In this document: positions 63,573 to 63,955 of the stretch, piece by piece | How the letters are laid out: each line of letters starts with the position of its first letter | Position numbering within the stretch: the stretch's first letter is position 1 | NCBI RefSeq assembly: GCF_001194135.2 | Contig: NC_068989.1 | Coordinates: 68,511,710-68,575,664, forward strand | DNA: 63,955 nucleotides | DNA from: Octopus bimaculoides | Lineage: Eukaryota | Direction: 5' to 3' | Translations under genes and position numbers: made by a program | The notes under the pieces: model-generated | Databases searched by the model: none | What the model was told of the DNA's origin: nothing | The model's input: only the letters and a program-made list of their open reading frames with translations

Positions 63573-63955
63573 GGATAGACTAGAATCTGGACTAATTTTT
63601 TTGTTGCTGAAGGCAGGGCAAAAGTAATAATTGATGACAGATGATTGTTAGAAGAAATTGACGTAAATAAGTATTTTTCATATATGCTTTGCTAACTGTT
63701 AGTATATTTGTTTTATCTGTAGGCATGTTGTCGCGTTTATAATTGTCTTATGACAGTATCAGAGTGTGTGAAGGAAAATATTCAACCAACGTAGAACAGA
63801 AACTGTATCGATGCCTCTGTTTATCATGAATCCCTCTTATTTTAAGACTCAAAATGTAATTAAGAGCAAATTAATACTGAAGACATACAGATTACATTCA
63901 TATGAATATGTGCGTCTGAAAATACATACATGTGTACATGTATACATATGTATAT

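Overview
AT-rich, microsatellite-dense, gap-containing (about a dozen N-runs) eukaryotic genomic DNA with no confidently identifiable intact host gene. It is most likely intronic or intergenic. The repeat landscape looks like an octopus/coleoid cephalopod draft assembly; this is an inference from recalled SINE sequences, not a database result. Almost all long ORFs in the supplied track are translations of simple repeats or N-gaps. Real content: (1) dozens of copies of three tRNA-derived SINE families, here A, B and C; (2) decayed DNA transposons: three mariner remnants, a mariner-derived MITE, a DD37D maT-type fragment, a second Tc1-type fragment and a Chapaev-like fragment; (3) decayed non-LTR retrotransposons: CR1/Crack-like RT pieces, a probable AP-endonuclease piece, a CCHC ORF1, and two restriction-like-endonuclease (RLE) elements (HERO-like and R4/Dong-like); (4) four mutually unrelated long foldback (inverted-repeat) elements, one a near-perfect 239-bp hairpin; (5) two Penelope-type minimal hammerhead-ribozyme-like motifs on the minus strand. 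The hairpins and hammerhead motifs are the most interesting signals. I found no convincing new multi-gene system.
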